From the NCBI GenBank assembly GCA_015492075.1, contig WGFU01000034.1, forward strand, positions 7,566-71,565: a stretch of 64,000 nt of DNA, in the 5' to 3' direction. The stretch is from Gammaproteobacteria bacterium. Lineage in GTDB: Bacteria; Pseudomonadota; Gammaproteobacteria; GCA-2400775. The first letter of the stretch is position 1; every line of letters starts with the position of its first letter. A program made the translations under genes and the position numbers. This document shows, one piece after another, positions 15,867 to 26,081 of this stretch. The notes under the pieces were generated by a model that searched no databases, was not told the origin of the DNA, and saw nothing but the letters and a program-made list of their open reading frames with translations.

Positions 15867-16730
15867 GTGTCAATTGCTTGCGGGATCTTATATGTGGTGG
15901 CGACACCGATCGGCAATCTTGATGATGTCAGCGCGCGTGCACTGCAAGTGTTACGTGAAGCCGATGTGATTGCCTGCGAAGATACCCGCCATAGTGCACG
16001 TTTGCTGCAGCACTTCGGTATTTCAACAAAAACTATTGCCTGTCACGACCATAACGAGGTCAATGCCAGCGCGGGGATAGTGAAATTACTGCAAAAAGGG
16101 CAGACTGTTGCGCTGGTCTCTGATGCCGGTACGCCATTAATCAGTGACCCCGGCTATGTCTTGCTGCGAGCGGTACATCGAGCTGGCTTGAAGGTATGCC
16201 CGGTACCCGGGGCGAGCGCGCTGATTGCTGCGCTCAGCGTGGCAGGTTTGGCAACCAATCGCTTTGTTTTTGAAGGGTTTTTACCGGCAAAGCCAGCGGC
16301 GCGACGAGAACGATTGAAACAGTTGCTTGACGAGACGCGAACGCTGGTTTTTTATGAATCGTCACACCGTATCGTGGCCAGCCTTGCTGACTTGACGGCC
16401 TTGTTCGGCGCTGAACGTGAGGCGACGATGGCACGCGAAATTAGCAAGAAATTTGAAACCATTCATGCCGCCAATCTTGCCCAATTGCAGGCTTTTGTCA
16501 GCAGTGACGACAACCAACAAAAAGGCGAATTTGTGTTGGTTGTCGCGGGCGCGCCAGTCACCAGCGACATGTCCGAGGCTGAGCGTATGCTGAAGGTGTT
16601 GCTGACGGAATTGCCGGTCAAACAGGCCGCTGCCTTGGTCAGCAAGCTGACGAGCGTTAACAAAAACGCGCTGTATCAGCGAGCGCTGGCTATACGCGCA
16701 TCAACAAGCACCTTGCCAGATGATGATTGA
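15867..16730 (+). CDS. rsmI: 16S rRNA (cytidine1402-2'-O)-methyltransferase
   Basis: 287 aa. GILYVVATPIGNLDDVSARALQVLREADVIACEDTRHS is a canonical RsmI N-terminus. Confidence 0.9.
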   Translation: MSIACGILYVVATPIGNLDDVSARALQVLREADVIACEDTRHSARLLQHFGISTKTIACHDHNEVNASAGIVKLLQKGQTVALVSDAGTPLISDPGYVLLRAVHRAGLKVCPVPGASALIAALSVAGLATNRFVFEGFLPAKPAARRERLKQLLDETRTLVFYESSHRIVASLADLTALFGAEREATMAREISKKFETIHAANLAQLQAFVSSDDNQQKGEFVLVVAGAPVTSDMSEAERMLKVLLTELPVKQAAALVSKLTSVNKNALYQRALAIRASTSTLPDDD

Positions 16731-16748
16731 CGGCTTAAGCTGATATTG

Positions 16749-17098
16749 GAAGTCAGCCAGGCAATCGCTGTATCGCTTGCGATATGGAGGAAAGTCCGGG
16801 CTCCACAGGGCGGGATGCCAGGTAACACCTGGGCGGCGCGAGCCGACGGAAAGTGCCACAGAAAATATACCGCCATCGTTGTTCGCAGCGAGGGTAAGGG
16901 TGAAATGGTGCGGTAAGAGCGCACCGCGCTGCTGGCAACAGCAGTGGCAGGGTAAACCCCATCCGGAGCAAGACCAAATAGGGGAATGTTGGTGTGGCCC
17001 ACACTGTTCCCGGGTAGGTTGCTAGAGGTGCGCGGCGACGTGCATCGCAGAGAAATGATTGTCCACGACAGAACCCGGCTTATCGGCTGACTTCCACC
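16749..17098 (+). ncRNA. rnpB: RNase P RNA, bacterial type A
   Basis: Collinear with E. coli M1 RNA: GAAGTCAGCCAGGC…GGAGGAAAGTCCGGGCTCCACAGGGC…GGTAAGGGTGAAATGGTGCGGTAAGAGCGCACCG…ACAGAACCCGGCTTATCGGCTGACTTCCACC. The ORFs called across it are artefacts. Confidence 0.95.
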
Positions 17099-17215
17099 TT
17101 TCCTTGTTTTCTTCAAAGTGCGCTAAGTCCTTGTTTATTCGTGCTGCCCGCTGATTCGAAGAATCACTCAATTTTGCTGCGCCTTAACAGCACGGAAAAA
17201 CCTGTAACGACGCCT

Positions 17216-17244
17216 CTTGACAGCGATCTCCATAGGTATATAGT
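17216..17244 (+). promoter_or_regulatory. near-consensus sigma-70 promoter of the dcw cluster (Pmra)
   Basis: TTGACA (17216-17221), 17-nt spacer, TATAGT (17239-17244). Confidence 0.6.
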
Positions 17245-17252
17245 GCAGGAAT

Positions 17253-17290
17253 GTGGGGAAAAGTGGGAAATAGTGGGAAAAATGTGTGGG
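17253..17290 (+). promoter_or_regulatory. putative MraZ operator: phased GTGGG repeats
   Basis: GTGGG at 17253, 17263 and 17273 (exact 10-bp phasing), with a fourth at 17286. The array lies just downstream of the -10 box and just upstream of mraZ. Confidence 0.6.
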
Positions 17291-17297
17291 GGCAGGC

Positions 17298-17759
17298 GTG
17301 TTTTACGGTGTAACTCACCTCAACCTCGACACGAAGGCACGTTTGGCGGTGCCAACGCGCTACCGCTCTTTACTTGAGCAGCACTGTGCCAACCAAGTCT
17401 GTATTACCGCTGCGTTCAATGACCGCTGCTTACTTGTCTATCCGCAACCTGAATGGGAAAAGCTGGCGCGCAAGTTGTCCAATATGCCAACGGTGTTTGA
17501 CAGTGTGGCGCGCAATGTTGGCCGCGTCTTGATGGGCTATGCCGAAGAGCGCCAGCTTGATGCTCAGGGCCGGGTATTGCTGACAGCGGGCCAGAAAGAA
17601 TATGCCGGCATTGGCAAAAACGTGGTGCTGGCAGGGCAGGGTAATAAATTTGAGATTTGGGATGAGGAAAGCTGGAACGCGATCGGTCAACAATGGCTGT
17701 CTGGCGATCCCGGGGCAATTGATATCGATAAGTTGCCCGATTATTTGAAAAACTTGTAA
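17298..17759 (+). CDS. mraZ: division/cell wall cluster transcriptional regulator MraZ
   Basis: GTG 17298 gives MFYGVTHLNLDTKARLAVPTRYR, matching the MFRGA..LD.KGR..VP consensus. 153 aa. Confidence 0.9.
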   Translation: MFYGVTHLNLDTKARLAVPTRYRSLLEQHCANQVCITAAFNDRCLLVYPQPEWEKLARKLSNMPTVFDSVARNVGRVLMGYAEERQLDAQGRVLLTAGQKEYAGIGKNVVLAGQGNKFEIWDEESWNAIGQQWLSGDPGAIDIDKLPDYLKNL

Positions 17760-18706
17760 TGACAGATTTGATGGCATCCGGGCACTACCCGGTTATGCTC
17801 GACGAGGCGATTGAGGGCTTGGCGATCAAAGCAGACGGCGCATACATCGATGCGACTTACGGTCGCGGTGGCCATAGTCAGGCGATTTTGTCTCGACTCG
17901 GGGCCAATGGACGTTTGTTGGCTTTTGATCGAGATATTGAAGCGGTATTAGATGCTCGTCAGCGCATGGCAGGTGAGTCACGCTTTGACGTTGTTCATTC
18001 TGCCTTCGGCCAGCTCAGCGATATTGTTAACGAGCGCGGTCTGCTGGGCAAGATTGATGGCTTACTTTGCGATCTTGGCGTTTCCTCACCGCAAATTGAT
18101 AGTACTGAACGTGGTTTTAGTTTCCGTGCCAATGGCCCGCTTGACATGCGTATGGATCAAAGTCGAGGCATGAGTGCGGCGCAATGGTTGCAAACTGCTG
18201 CCGAGGAAGATATTCGCCAGGTCTTGTTTGATTTTGGCGAAGAACGTTATGCGCGCCGTATTGCCCGAGCCATCTTTGCTCGACGAGAAGTATCACCGTT
18301 GACGACAACCGCTGAATTGCGCGAATTGGTGATCAAGGCATCGCCGAAAAAAGAGCGTCACAAGGACCCCGCGACGCGCTGCTTTCAAGCACTTCGTATT
18401 CAAGTAAATGACGAGCTGGGCGAGATTAGGCGCCTGCTAGAGCAGGCACTGTCAGTGTTAGCACCTGCGGGACGTTTGGTGGTGATTAGCTTTCACTCTC
18501 TGGAAGATCGCATTGTTAAGCGCTTTATGCGTAGCCATTCGCGTCAGATAGATGACTTGCCGCGAGATATTCCGTTGACTGCGCAAGCTATGCCAAGCCA
18601 GCTTAAATTGATTGGGAAGGCGCGTAGAGCGAGCCAGCGCGAGCTTGAAGAGAACCCGCGCTCGCGCAGCGCGATATTGCGAGTTGCCGAACGTTGCCCA
18701 TGTTGA
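17759..18706 (+). CDS. rsmH: 16S rRNA (cytosine1402-N4)-methyltransferase
   Basis: 315 aa. HYPVMLDEAIEGL…DATYGRGGHS…DLGVSSPQID are RsmH/MraW motifs. Confidence 0.95.
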   Translation: MTDLMASGHYPVMLDEAIEGLAIKADGAYIDATYGRGGHSQAILSRLGANGRLLAFDRDIEAVLDARQRMAGESRFDVVHSAFGQLSDIVNERGLLGKIDGLLCDLGVSSPQIDSTERGFSFRANGPLDMRMDQSRGMSAAQWLQTAAEEDIRQVLFDFGEERYARRIARAIFARREVSPLTTTAELRELVIKASPKKERHKDPATRCFQALRIQVNDELGEIRRLLEQALSVLAPAGRLVVISFHSLEDRIVKRFMRSHSRQIDDLPRDIPLTAQAMPSQLKLIGKARRASQRELEENPRSRSAILRVAERCPC

Positions 18707-18972
18707 TTCGCGATCATATAACGACAATTCTTATCGCGTTACTCGTCATAGCGAGTGCCATAGGTTTAGTGCTGAGCCAACACCATAGTCGAGGGCTGAT
18801 CACCGAGCTGCAACGTTTGTATGAGGAACGCGACAGGCTGGATATAGAGTGGGGGCAGTTATTGCTAGAGCAAAGTACTTGGGCGACGCCAAGTCGTATT
18901 GAATATTTCGCCGCTGATAAGCTTGATATGCGTGTGCCGGGTCATGACAATTTTGTGGTGATCTCGCAATGA
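18694..18972 (+). CDS. ftsL: cell division protein FtsL
   Basis: 92 aa, single TM plus coiled coil, positioned between rsmH and ftsI. Start could also be ATG 18700. Confidence 0.8.
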   Translation: MPMLIRDHITTILIALLVIASAIGLVLSQHHSRGLITELQRLYEERDRLDIEWGQLLLEQSTWATPSRIEYFAADKLDMRVPGHDNFVVISQ

Positions 18973-20663
18973 CGAAGAAAGTGAAAACTGTGCCTCCGTC
19001 ATGGCGCCGCTACCCGGTGATGTTTGCCGTGTTAGCCGTAATGGGGGTTTTGGTCTGGCGCGCGATCGACTTGCATGTTGTTGAGCGCGAGTTTCTGCAG
19101 GCGCAGGCCGATGCCCGGCATGTGCGCACGGTTTCTTTGTCGGCACATCGCGGTATGATTTATGATCGCCGCGGCCGGCCCTTGGCAGTCAGTACACCGG
19201 TAGACTCCATTATCGCCAACCCAAAGCAATTGTTAGCCGAGGTCGACGACTTTGCGCCATTGGCCAAGGCCTTGGATATTAAAGCAAAGCGTCTGCGTAA
19301 GCTGTTGGCGCAAAATCGTGAGCGTGAATTCCTTTATTTGCGTCGTCATGTTAACCCTGATGATGCGCTGCGCATCAAACAATTGAATTTGTCAGGTATC
19401 GACCTGCTGCGTGAATACAAACGCTATTATCCTGATGCAGAAGTGGCAGCGCATGTGCTGGGTTTTACTGATATCGATGACGTGGGTCAAGAAGGCCTGG
19501 AACGTGCCTATAACGACTGGCTGCGCGGCAAGGCGGGTAAGAAACGTGTACTAAAAGACCGCTACGGCCGTGTTATTGAAGATCTTGGCTATATCAGCGA
19601 GCCGCAAGCAGGCAATGACTTACAACTTAGTATAGATCGCCGTTTGCAGTATCTGGCTTACAGGGAGTTGAAACGTGCGGTCAAGCAGCATAAGGCACGC
19701 TCTGGTTCGGTAGTGATGCTCGACGCGGATACCGGTGAAGTGCTGGCAATGGTCAATCAACCAGCCTTTAACCCTAATGATCGCAGCAGTATGCGCGGTG
19801 ATTGGTATCGTAACAGGGCGGTGACAGATGTGTTTGAGCCTGGTTCAACCCTGAAGCCATTTACTGTTGCCGCGGCACTGGAGTCAGGCCTGTTTAAGGT
19901 TGATTCGCAGATTGACACTGCTCCCGGTTATTGGCGCGTCGGCACCAATACCATAAGGGATACCATTAACTACGGTGTTATTGATATTCCTACCCTGATA
20001 CAGAAGTCCAGTAATGTTGGCGCAAGTAAATTAGCGCTGGCAATCAGCGCTGAGCAGTTATGGAATACGCTCAGCGCGTTTGGTTTTGGTGAGATCAGTG
20101 GTAGCGGTTTGCAGGGGGAGTCGTCAGGTGTGTTGAGTGAACCATGGCGTTGGCGCGATATTGAGCGTGCCACCATAGCCTTTGGTTACGGTGTCGCTGT
20201 GACACCGCTGCAGCTGGCGCGTGCTTACGGCGCGCTGGCTGATGATGGCATGTTAAAACAGGTTAGTTTTCTAAAGCTGGATGAGGCTCCGATCGGTAAG
20301 CGCGTATTGGCTTCTGAAACAGTGTCTGATATCCGCGACATGTTAAGCCGGGTTGTATTGCCTGGTGGAACCGGAACATTGGCGAGTGTGCCGGGTTACC
20401 GGGTGGCGGGGAAAACCGGAACCGTAAAGAAAGCAGTCAACGGTGTTTATGGCAGCGGCCATTATTTATCTGTATTTGCTGGTATGGCCCCAGCTGATGA
20501 TCCGCGTTTGGTGATTGTCGTCCTGATAGAAGAGCCATCGGCCGGCGAATACTATGGTGGTAAAGTCGCCGCGCCGGTTTTTAGCGCAGTAGCGGAAGGG
20601 GCGTTGCGACTGCTTGGTGTGGTTCCAGATGGTGTGATGACCGTTGCCGAGGTGGCTGGCTGA
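18969..20663 (+). CDS. ftsI: peptidoglycan D,D-transpeptidase FtsI (PBP3)
   Basis: 564 aa. STLKP (SxxK), SSN and KTGT motifs are present. Confidence 0.95.
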   Translation: MTKKVKTVPPSWRRYPVMFAVLAVMGVLVWRAIDLHVVEREFLQAQADARHVRTVSLSAHRGMIYDRRGRPLAVSTPVDSIIANPKQLLAEVDDFAPLAKALDIKAKRLRKLLAQNREREFLYLRRHVNPDDALRIKQLNLSGIDLLREYKRYYPDAEVAAHVLGFTDIDDVGQEGLERAYNDWLRGKAGKKRVLKDRYGRVIEDLGYISEPQAGNDLQLSIDRRLQYLAYRELKRAVKQHKARSGSVVMLDADTGEVLAMVNQPAFNPNDRSSMRGDWYRNRAVTDVFEPGSTLKPFTVAAALESGLFKVDSQIDTAPGYWRVGTNTIRDTINYGVIDIPTLIQKSSNVGASKLALAISAEQLWNTLSAFGFGEISGSGLQGESSGVLSEPWRWRDIERATIAFGYGVAVTPLQLARAYGALADDGMLKQVSFLKLDEAPIGKRVLASETVSDIRDMLSRVVLPGGTGTLASVPGYRVAGKTGTVKKAVNGVYGSGHYLSVFAGMAPADDPRLVIVVLIEEPSAGEYYGGKVAAPVFSAVAEGALRLLGVVPDGVMTVAEVAG

Positions 20664-22156
20664 TGGCAGTCGTGACTTTGCGAACCTTGCTCGATGGCAT
20701 CGCTGATGTTGCCGACAGCGCTAATTGTCCTGTCATCGGCTTGAGTGATGACAGTCGTCAGTTGAGCTCTGGTCAGGTGTTTGTCGCCTACCCGGGCATT
20801 CGCAGCGATGGTCGCCATTATATCGATGCAGCGATTGCTGCCGGAGCCGCAGCAGTACTTTATGATAAATGCGCGGACGCCGTAAGCCCAGCTGATAATA
20901 CTGTGCCGATGGTGGCGATCGAGAATCTAAAGGCCCGCGTGGGGCATATTGCCGCTCGTTTTTTCCGCCATCCATCGCAGGATATGAACGTCTATGCCGT
21001 GACGGGCACTAACGGTAAGACTTCGGTGAGTCATTTTCTGGCGCGAGCGTTAAATGACGAGCGCGCTGTTGGCGTCATGGGAACGCTTGGCAACGGCCTA
21101 TGGGGCCATTTAGCGGCTTCACCTCTAACCACGCCCTCAGCGTTGAGTCTGCAAAAAATGCTGATGCAAATGCGCGCTGATGGAGTGACAGATGTAGTGA
21201 TGGAGGCATCTTCGCACGGCCTGGATCAGAATCGTTTGGCGGCAACACAAATAGACACAGCAATATTTACCAATCTGTCGCAAGATCACCTTGATTATCA
21301 TCAAACCATGGAGAAGTACGCTACTGCCAAGCGCCGTTTATTTGAGGTCGACGGGCTGAAGTATGCAGTGATCAATGTTTATGATGAATTTGGTGCGCAG
21401 CTGGCAAACACCTTACCGGCCAATATCGAACTGGTGAGTTATGGTCTGAAATGGGGTGGTATGGACAAGAGCGTTATGACCCCCATGATTCAGGGTGAGC
21501 TGCGCCAATCGGGTCTTGCCGGCGTTGAAATAGATATCAATAGTCCCTATGGCAGCGCGACCCTTGTTAGCACTGTTTTAGGGCGATTTAACGCAGAAAA
21601 CCTGCTGGCTGTTTTAGCCGCCATGTTGGCCAATAAAATTAACTTTGATTATGCAGTGAAGCGCTTGTCACAAGCACAAGCAGTGGTCGGGCGTATGGAA
21701 CGCTTTGGTGGTTTGAACCAGCCGCAGGTGTTTGTCGATTATGCCCATACACCTGCCGCACTACAAACCGCCCTGGCTGACTTGAAGCAATGTTGTTTTG
21801 CCAAACTCCACGTTGTGTTTGGTTGTGGTGGCGAACGCGATACAGATAAGCGGGCGCAAATGGGAGCGATAGCGCAGCGCTATGCTGACATGGTTGTCAT
21901 AACGGATGACAACCCGCGTAATGAACCTCCGCAGCAGATCATCGACAGCATTCTGCTTGGCGCCAACGACAGCGGCAAGGTTCATGTCGAGCGCGATCGC
22001 GCCAAAGCCATTTTGTTTTGTCTGGAGCGAGCAAACAAAGATGATGTTGTGCTGATCGCCGGCAAGGGTCACGAGGATTACCAATTGATCGAGGGTCGAC
22101 GCGTGGTATTCAGTGATCGTGATTTTGTCCGCAAGTTTTTGGCGCAGGCGGCTTGA
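20663..22156 (+). CDS. murE: UDP-N-acetylmuramoyl-L-alanyl-D-glutamate--2,6-diaminopimelate ligase
   Basis: 497 aa. Mur ligase P-loop VTGTNGKTS and DNPR motif (ITDDNPRNE). Confidence 0.95.
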   Translation: MAVVTLRTLLDGIADVADSANCPVIGLSDDSRQLSSGQVFVAYPGIRSDGRHYIDAAIAAGAAAVLYDKCADAVSPADNTVPMVAIENLKARVGHIAARFFRHPSQDMNVYAVTGTNGKTSVSHFLARALNDERAVGVMGTLGNGLWGHLAASPLTTPSALSLQKMLMQMRADGVTDVVMEASSHGLDQNRLAATQIDTAIFTNLSQDHLDYHQTMEKYATAKRRLFEVDGLKYAVINVYDEFGAQLANTLPANIELVSYGLKWGGMDKSVMTPMIQGELRQSGLAGVEIDINSPYGSATLVSTVLGRFNAENLLAVLAAMLANKINFDYAVKRLSQAQAVVGRMERFGGLNQPQVFVDYAHTPAALQTALADLKQCCFAKLHVVFGCGGERDTDKRAQMGAIAQRYADMVVITDDNPRNEPPQQIIDSILLGANDSGKVHVERDRAKAILFCLERANKDDVVLIAGKGHEDYQLIEGRRVVFSDRDFVRKFLAQAA

Positions 22157-23584
22157 ATGATTGCTATGAGTTTGAATGAGGCCATGACTATCATCGAAGG
22201 TGCCGAGGTCGGCGCCGAGGTGAGTTTTTCCGGTGTCAGCATTGATAGCCGGAGTGTGTCGCCGGGTGAATTGTTTGTTGCCATTGAAGGTCCAAATTTT
22301 GACGGCCATGACTTTGTCGATGCTGCCCATCAGCGCGGAGCTGTTGCAGCAATGGTGAGCAAGATTGTTGATGTGCCGATCCCACTTTTAAAGGTCGGTA
22401 ATACACGCAAGGCACTATCGGCCTTGTCCAGAGGCTGGCGCCAACGCTATCAAGGACCGCTCATTGCTATCACTGGCAGCAACGGCAAGACCACTGTCAA
22501 AGAAATGTTGGCGGCCATTCTGCGTCAAGATCATCGCGTGCTTGTCACCAAAGGTAATCTTAATAACGATTTGGGTGTGCCGCTGACTCTATTGGGTTTA
22601 TCTGACGGCGATGATTATGCCGTGGTTGAACTGGGCGCAAACCACATGTCTGAGATAGAAGGTCTAAGTTTGTTGGTTGAGCCGGATGTGGCGTTGATTA
22701 CTAATATCGGTGTTGCCCATCTCGAAGGGTTCGGCTCTGTTGATAATATCGCCAAGGCCAAGTCAGAGATATTCAGCGGTTTAAAGCAAAATGGTATCGC
22801 CGTATTGAATCACGATGATGCCTATTACAATTCTCTTGCTGACAAAGCCAAGCCCCATCGCTGCATTAGTTTTGGTGAACATGAGCAGGCCGATGTGCGC
22901 CTGCTTGTCGAGTCATTAAGCAGCTCAATGGCTGGGGGTGAATGGCAGACCTGCTTTGATGTAATGACGCCGCTGGGTGTGGCCTCTATTCAGCTGGCGT
23001 TAGCGGGTCGTCATAACGTTCAAAATGCTATCGCCGCTATTGCCGCGGCATGCGCTGTGGGCATTCCTTTGGCAGATATTGTCAGCGGGCTGGCTGCGAT
23101 GGCACCTGTTGCCGGCCGAATGCAAATGAAAAAAGGTATCGGCGATTGGGCCGTTATCGATGACACCTACAATGCCAATCCGGTTTCCATTCATGCCGCG
23201 ATAGAGTTTCTGGCAGCCTTGCCAGGGGCGAAAATAATGGTTATGGGCGACATGGCCGAGCTTGGTGACGATGCTGCTGATCTGCACGGACAGATGGGGC
23301 GTGTGGCTCGCGAGCGGGGTATCGACAGCTTTTATGGCGTGGGGCCATTGAGCGCAAATGCAGTCAATGCATTTGGTCAAGGCGCCAAGCACTGCGCGAC
23401 CCAGCTTGAGCTGGTGAACGAATTGATCGCTGATTTGCACAGTGGTTGTGGTTGTCAGACAAATACAATACTGGTGAAAGGTTCGCGCAGCGCCGGTATG
23501 GAGCGAGTGGTCGATGCCTTGGTCGCTGATAACGCCTCCACATCAATGTCAACGACGGCCATGGTGCGGCAGGTGGGTCAGTAA
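22157..23584 (+). CDS. murF: UDP-N-acetylmuramoyl-tripeptide--D-alanyl-D-alanine ligase
   Basis: 475 aa. ITGSNGKTT P-loop and dcw position. Confidence 0.9.
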   Translation: MIAMSLNEAMTIIEGAEVGAEVSFSGVSIDSRSVSPGELFVAIEGPNFDGHDFVDAAHQRGAVAAMVSKIVDVPIPLLKVGNTRKALSALSRGWRQRYQGPLIAITGSNGKTTVKEMLAAILRQDHRVLVTKGNLNNDLGVPLTLLGLSDGDDYAVVELGANHMSEIEGLSLLVEPDVALITNIGVAHLEGFGSVDNIAKAKSEIFSGLKQNGIAVLNHDDAYYNSLADKAKPHRCISFGEHEQADVRLLVESLSSSMAGGEWQTCFDVMTPLGVASIQLALAGRHNVQNAIAAIAAACAVGIPLADIVSGLAAMAPVAGRMQMKKGIGDWAVIDDTYNANPVSIHAAIEFLAALPGAKIMVMGDMAELGDDAADLHGQMGRVARERGIDSFYGVGPLSANAVNAFGQGAKHCATQLELVNELIADLHSGCGCQTNTILVKGSRSAGMERVVDALVADNASTSMSTTAMVRQVGQ

Positions 23585-24667
23585 ATGTTACTTTATTTGA
23601 CTGATTATCTGGCAGAATTTTATCGCCCCTTCGGTGTTTTTCAGTATTTGACACTGCGCAGTGTGATGGCTGTATTAACCGCGTTAGTAATTTCATTTGT
23701 GTTTGGTCCTTTTGTCATTAAAAAACTGAGCAATCAATCCGCTGGGCAACCGATTCGGGATGATGGTCCTGAAACCCATTTGGTTAAGGCCGGCACCCCG
23801 ACCATGGGCGGCACTCTCATTTTGATAGCCGTGATACTCAGTACCCTGCTATGGGGGGATCTGGAGAATCGCCAGTTGTGGGTAGTGGTTTTGGTTACCT
23901 CGGCATTTGGTATTATTGGTTTTGTTGATGATTACAAGAAAGTTATACTTGGCAATAGCAAGGGTCTTTCAGCCAAAGCCAAATATCTATGGCAATCAGT
24001 AGCCGCTTTATTGGCCGCGCTGGTTTTGTTTTACAGTGCTAGCCATGCGGCCGAGACAGAGCTTATTGTTCCTTTCTTTAAAGATGTGGCGATACCGCTT
24101 GGCTGGGGTTTCGTCGTTCTCACTTACTTTGTCATTGTTGGCAGCAGTAACGCGGTTAATTTGACCGATGGCCTTGACGGCCTTGCCATATTGCCTACCG
24201 TTTTGGTTGCGGCGGCATTAGGCATTTTCGCCTATATCATTGGTAATATAAATTTTTCTGAATATCTTGGTTTTCCTTTTATCCCCGGTGTCGGTGAGCT
24301 GACGGTGTTTTGCGGTGCACTGATTGGCGCGGGCCTGGGTTTTCTCTGGTTTAACACCTACCCTGCCCAAGTCTTTATGGGTGACGTTGGCGCGCTAGCG
24401 CTGGGTGCGGCATTGGGCGTGATCGCCGTAATGGCGCGTCAAGAGTTGGTATTGCTGATCATGGGCGGTGTCTTTGTGATGGAGACAGTCTCGGTCATTT
24501 TGCAGGTGGCATCATTTAAATTGACCGGGCGCCGAATTTTTCGCATGGCGCCTTTGCATCATCATTTTGAATTGAAAGGCTGGGCCGAACCGAAAGTCAT
24601 TGTACGGTTCTGGATTGTGACCGTGATTCTCGTCCTGATTGGTCTATCGACCTTGAAGTTACGGTGA
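23585..24667 (+). CDS. mraY: phospho-N-acetylmuramoyl-pentapeptide-transferase
   Basis: 360 aa. MLLYLTDYL…, 10 [15 protein letters not shown] motif. Confidence 0.95.
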   Translation: MLLYLTDYLAEFYRPFGVFQYLTLRSVMAVLTALVISFVFGPFVIKKLSNQSAGQPIRDDGPETHLVKAGTPTMGGTLILIAVILSTLLWGDLENRQLWVVVLVTSAFGIIGFVDDYKKVILGNSKGLSAKAKYLWQSVAALLAALVLFYSASHAAETELIVPFFKDVAIPLGWGFVVLTYFVIVGSSNAVNLTDGLDGLAILPTVLVAAALGIFAYIIGNINFSEYLGFPFIPGVGELTVFCGALIGAGLGFLWFNTYPAQVFMGDVGALALGAALGVIAVMARQELVLLIMGGVFVMETVSVILQVASFKLTGRRIFRMAPLHHHFELKGWAEPKVIVRFWIVTVILVLIGLSTLKLR

Positions 24668-24671
24668 GGCG

Positions 24672-26081
24672 ATGCGAGCAATGTCTGAAAATCGGAACGC
24701 TGTGCGCGAAGATACAGAAATGATGTCGTCATCGAGCGATGCCGCGCGCCTCTTCCTTGTTGTTGGTCTAGGAGTAAGCGGCTGGTCCTGTGTTCGTTTT
24801 TTGGCCGCGCAAGGGTATCGTATTGCAGTGACTGATAGCCGCGACATAACGCCATATAGTGCGGATTTACATCGGCAGTTACCAGAAGTGGTTTGTTCGC
24901 TGGGTGGCTTTGATAGCGCATTGTTTGACGCTGCGGATGAAATCATCCTTAGTCCAGGTGTTGCGCTGGATACACCTGAAGTAGTAGCGGCGCGGGCCGC
25001 CGGCAAACGTATTATCGGTGATGTCGAATTATTCAGTCGCTATGCCGATGCGCCCGTTGTAGCGATTACTGGTTCCAACGGGAAGAGTACGGTCACGACA
25101 TTGTTAGGTGAGATGGCCGCTGCTGACGGTGTCAAAGTGGCTGTTGGAGGCAATATTGGCACCCCCGCGCTTGATTTGCTTGCGGGCAAGCCTGAACTAT
25201 ATATCTTAGAGCTATCAAGCTTTCAACTTGATCTGATTTCATCTCTAAAGAAAGAGACAGCGGTAGTGTTGAACGTGAGTGCCGATCACATGGATCGCTA
25301 CGCTTCGATGCAGGCCTATGCTAAAACCAAATTCAGTATTTACGAAGAATGTGAGCATCCTGTCATCGACAATGATCTTGTCAGTGCCCAACAATATTCG
25401 CCGCTGATGTCACAGCGATTACCCGAAATTGCAATAAATTATTCTTTGGCAGAACCTGTATCTGATTCAGACTTTGGTATACACGAACAAAACGGTAAAA
25501 AATATCTTGCTCGTGGTTGTCGTATGATATTGCCGATTTCTGATCTGGCGCTAAAGGGCAATCATAATATTGCGAATGTATTGGCTGCTATGGCCATGGC
25601 TTCGATCCTGGGCTTGTCTGAGTCGGCGCTAATAAAAACACTGAAAACGTTTAAGGGTTTGCCGCATCGTTGTCAGCCAGTCGGTGTTATTAATAAGGTT
25701 GCCTTCGTTAACGATTCAAAAGGCACTAACGTTGACGCATCGATAGCGGCGATTCGTTCAATTAGCACCCCGTTGGTGCTGATTGCCGGTGGCGATGCCA
25801 AGGGTGCAAACCTGTCACCTTTGCGTGACGTTGCCGCAGCCAAGTTAAGAGCTGTCATCGTTATCGGCAAGGCTGCCGCAATGATCGAGTCCTTATTGCA
25901 AGACGTGGTGAATACTCAGCGCGCATCGACAATGGCCGATGCTGTGCAAAAAGCATTTTCTAGTGCAGAGCCAGGCGACACAGTGCTGTTGTCACCGGCC
26001 TGTTCTAGTCTGGATATGTATAGTGATTATGAAGCGCGTGGTGATGCTTTTGCCGATGCTGTGCGAGGTTTGTCATCGTGA
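24672..26081 (+). CDS. murD: UDP-N-acetylmuramoylalanine--D-glutamate ligase
   Basis: ITGSNGKST P-loop and GLGVSG Rossmann N-terminus. The true start may be the internal ATG at 24720/24723, because the first about 16 residues are atypical. Confidence 0.9.
   Translation: MRAMSENRNAVREDTEMMSSSSDAARLFLVVGLGVSGWSCVRFLAAQGYRIAVTDSRDITPYSADLHRQLPEVVCSLGGFDSALFDAADEIILSPGVALDTPEVVAARAAGKRIIGDVELFSRYADAPVVAITGSNGKSTVTTLLGEMAAADGVKVAVGGNIGTPALDLLAGKPELYILELSSFQLDLISSLKKETAVVLNVSADHMDRYASMQAYAKTKFSIYEECEHPVIDNDLVSAQQYSPLMSQRLPEIAINYSLAEPVSDSDFGIHEQNGKKYLARGCRMILPISDLALKGNHNIANVLAAMAMASILGLSESALIKTLKTFKGLPHRCQPVGVINKVAFVNDSKGTNVDASIAAIRSISTPLVLIAGGDAKGANLSPLRDVAAAKLRAVIVIGKAAAMIESLLQDVVNTQRASTMADAVQKAFSSAEPGDTVLLSPACSSLDMYSDYEARGDAFADAVRGLSS

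Noticed and set aside
16676-17116. ORFs of 146, 83 and 82 codons on both strands (16676-17116, 16753-17004, 16777-17025)
   Set aside because: They lie entirely within the RNase P RNA gene. The GC-rich structured RNA produces open frames by chance.
21761-22330. Large antisense ORFs inside core genes, for example 21761-22330(-), 30520-30981(-), 45630-46187(-), 57741-58253(-), 10653-11180(-) and 39486-39887(-)
   Set aside because: All lie opposite strongly supported conserved genes (murE/murF, murB/ddl, algC, sucC/sucD, djlA, argJ) and have biased, low-complexity translations.
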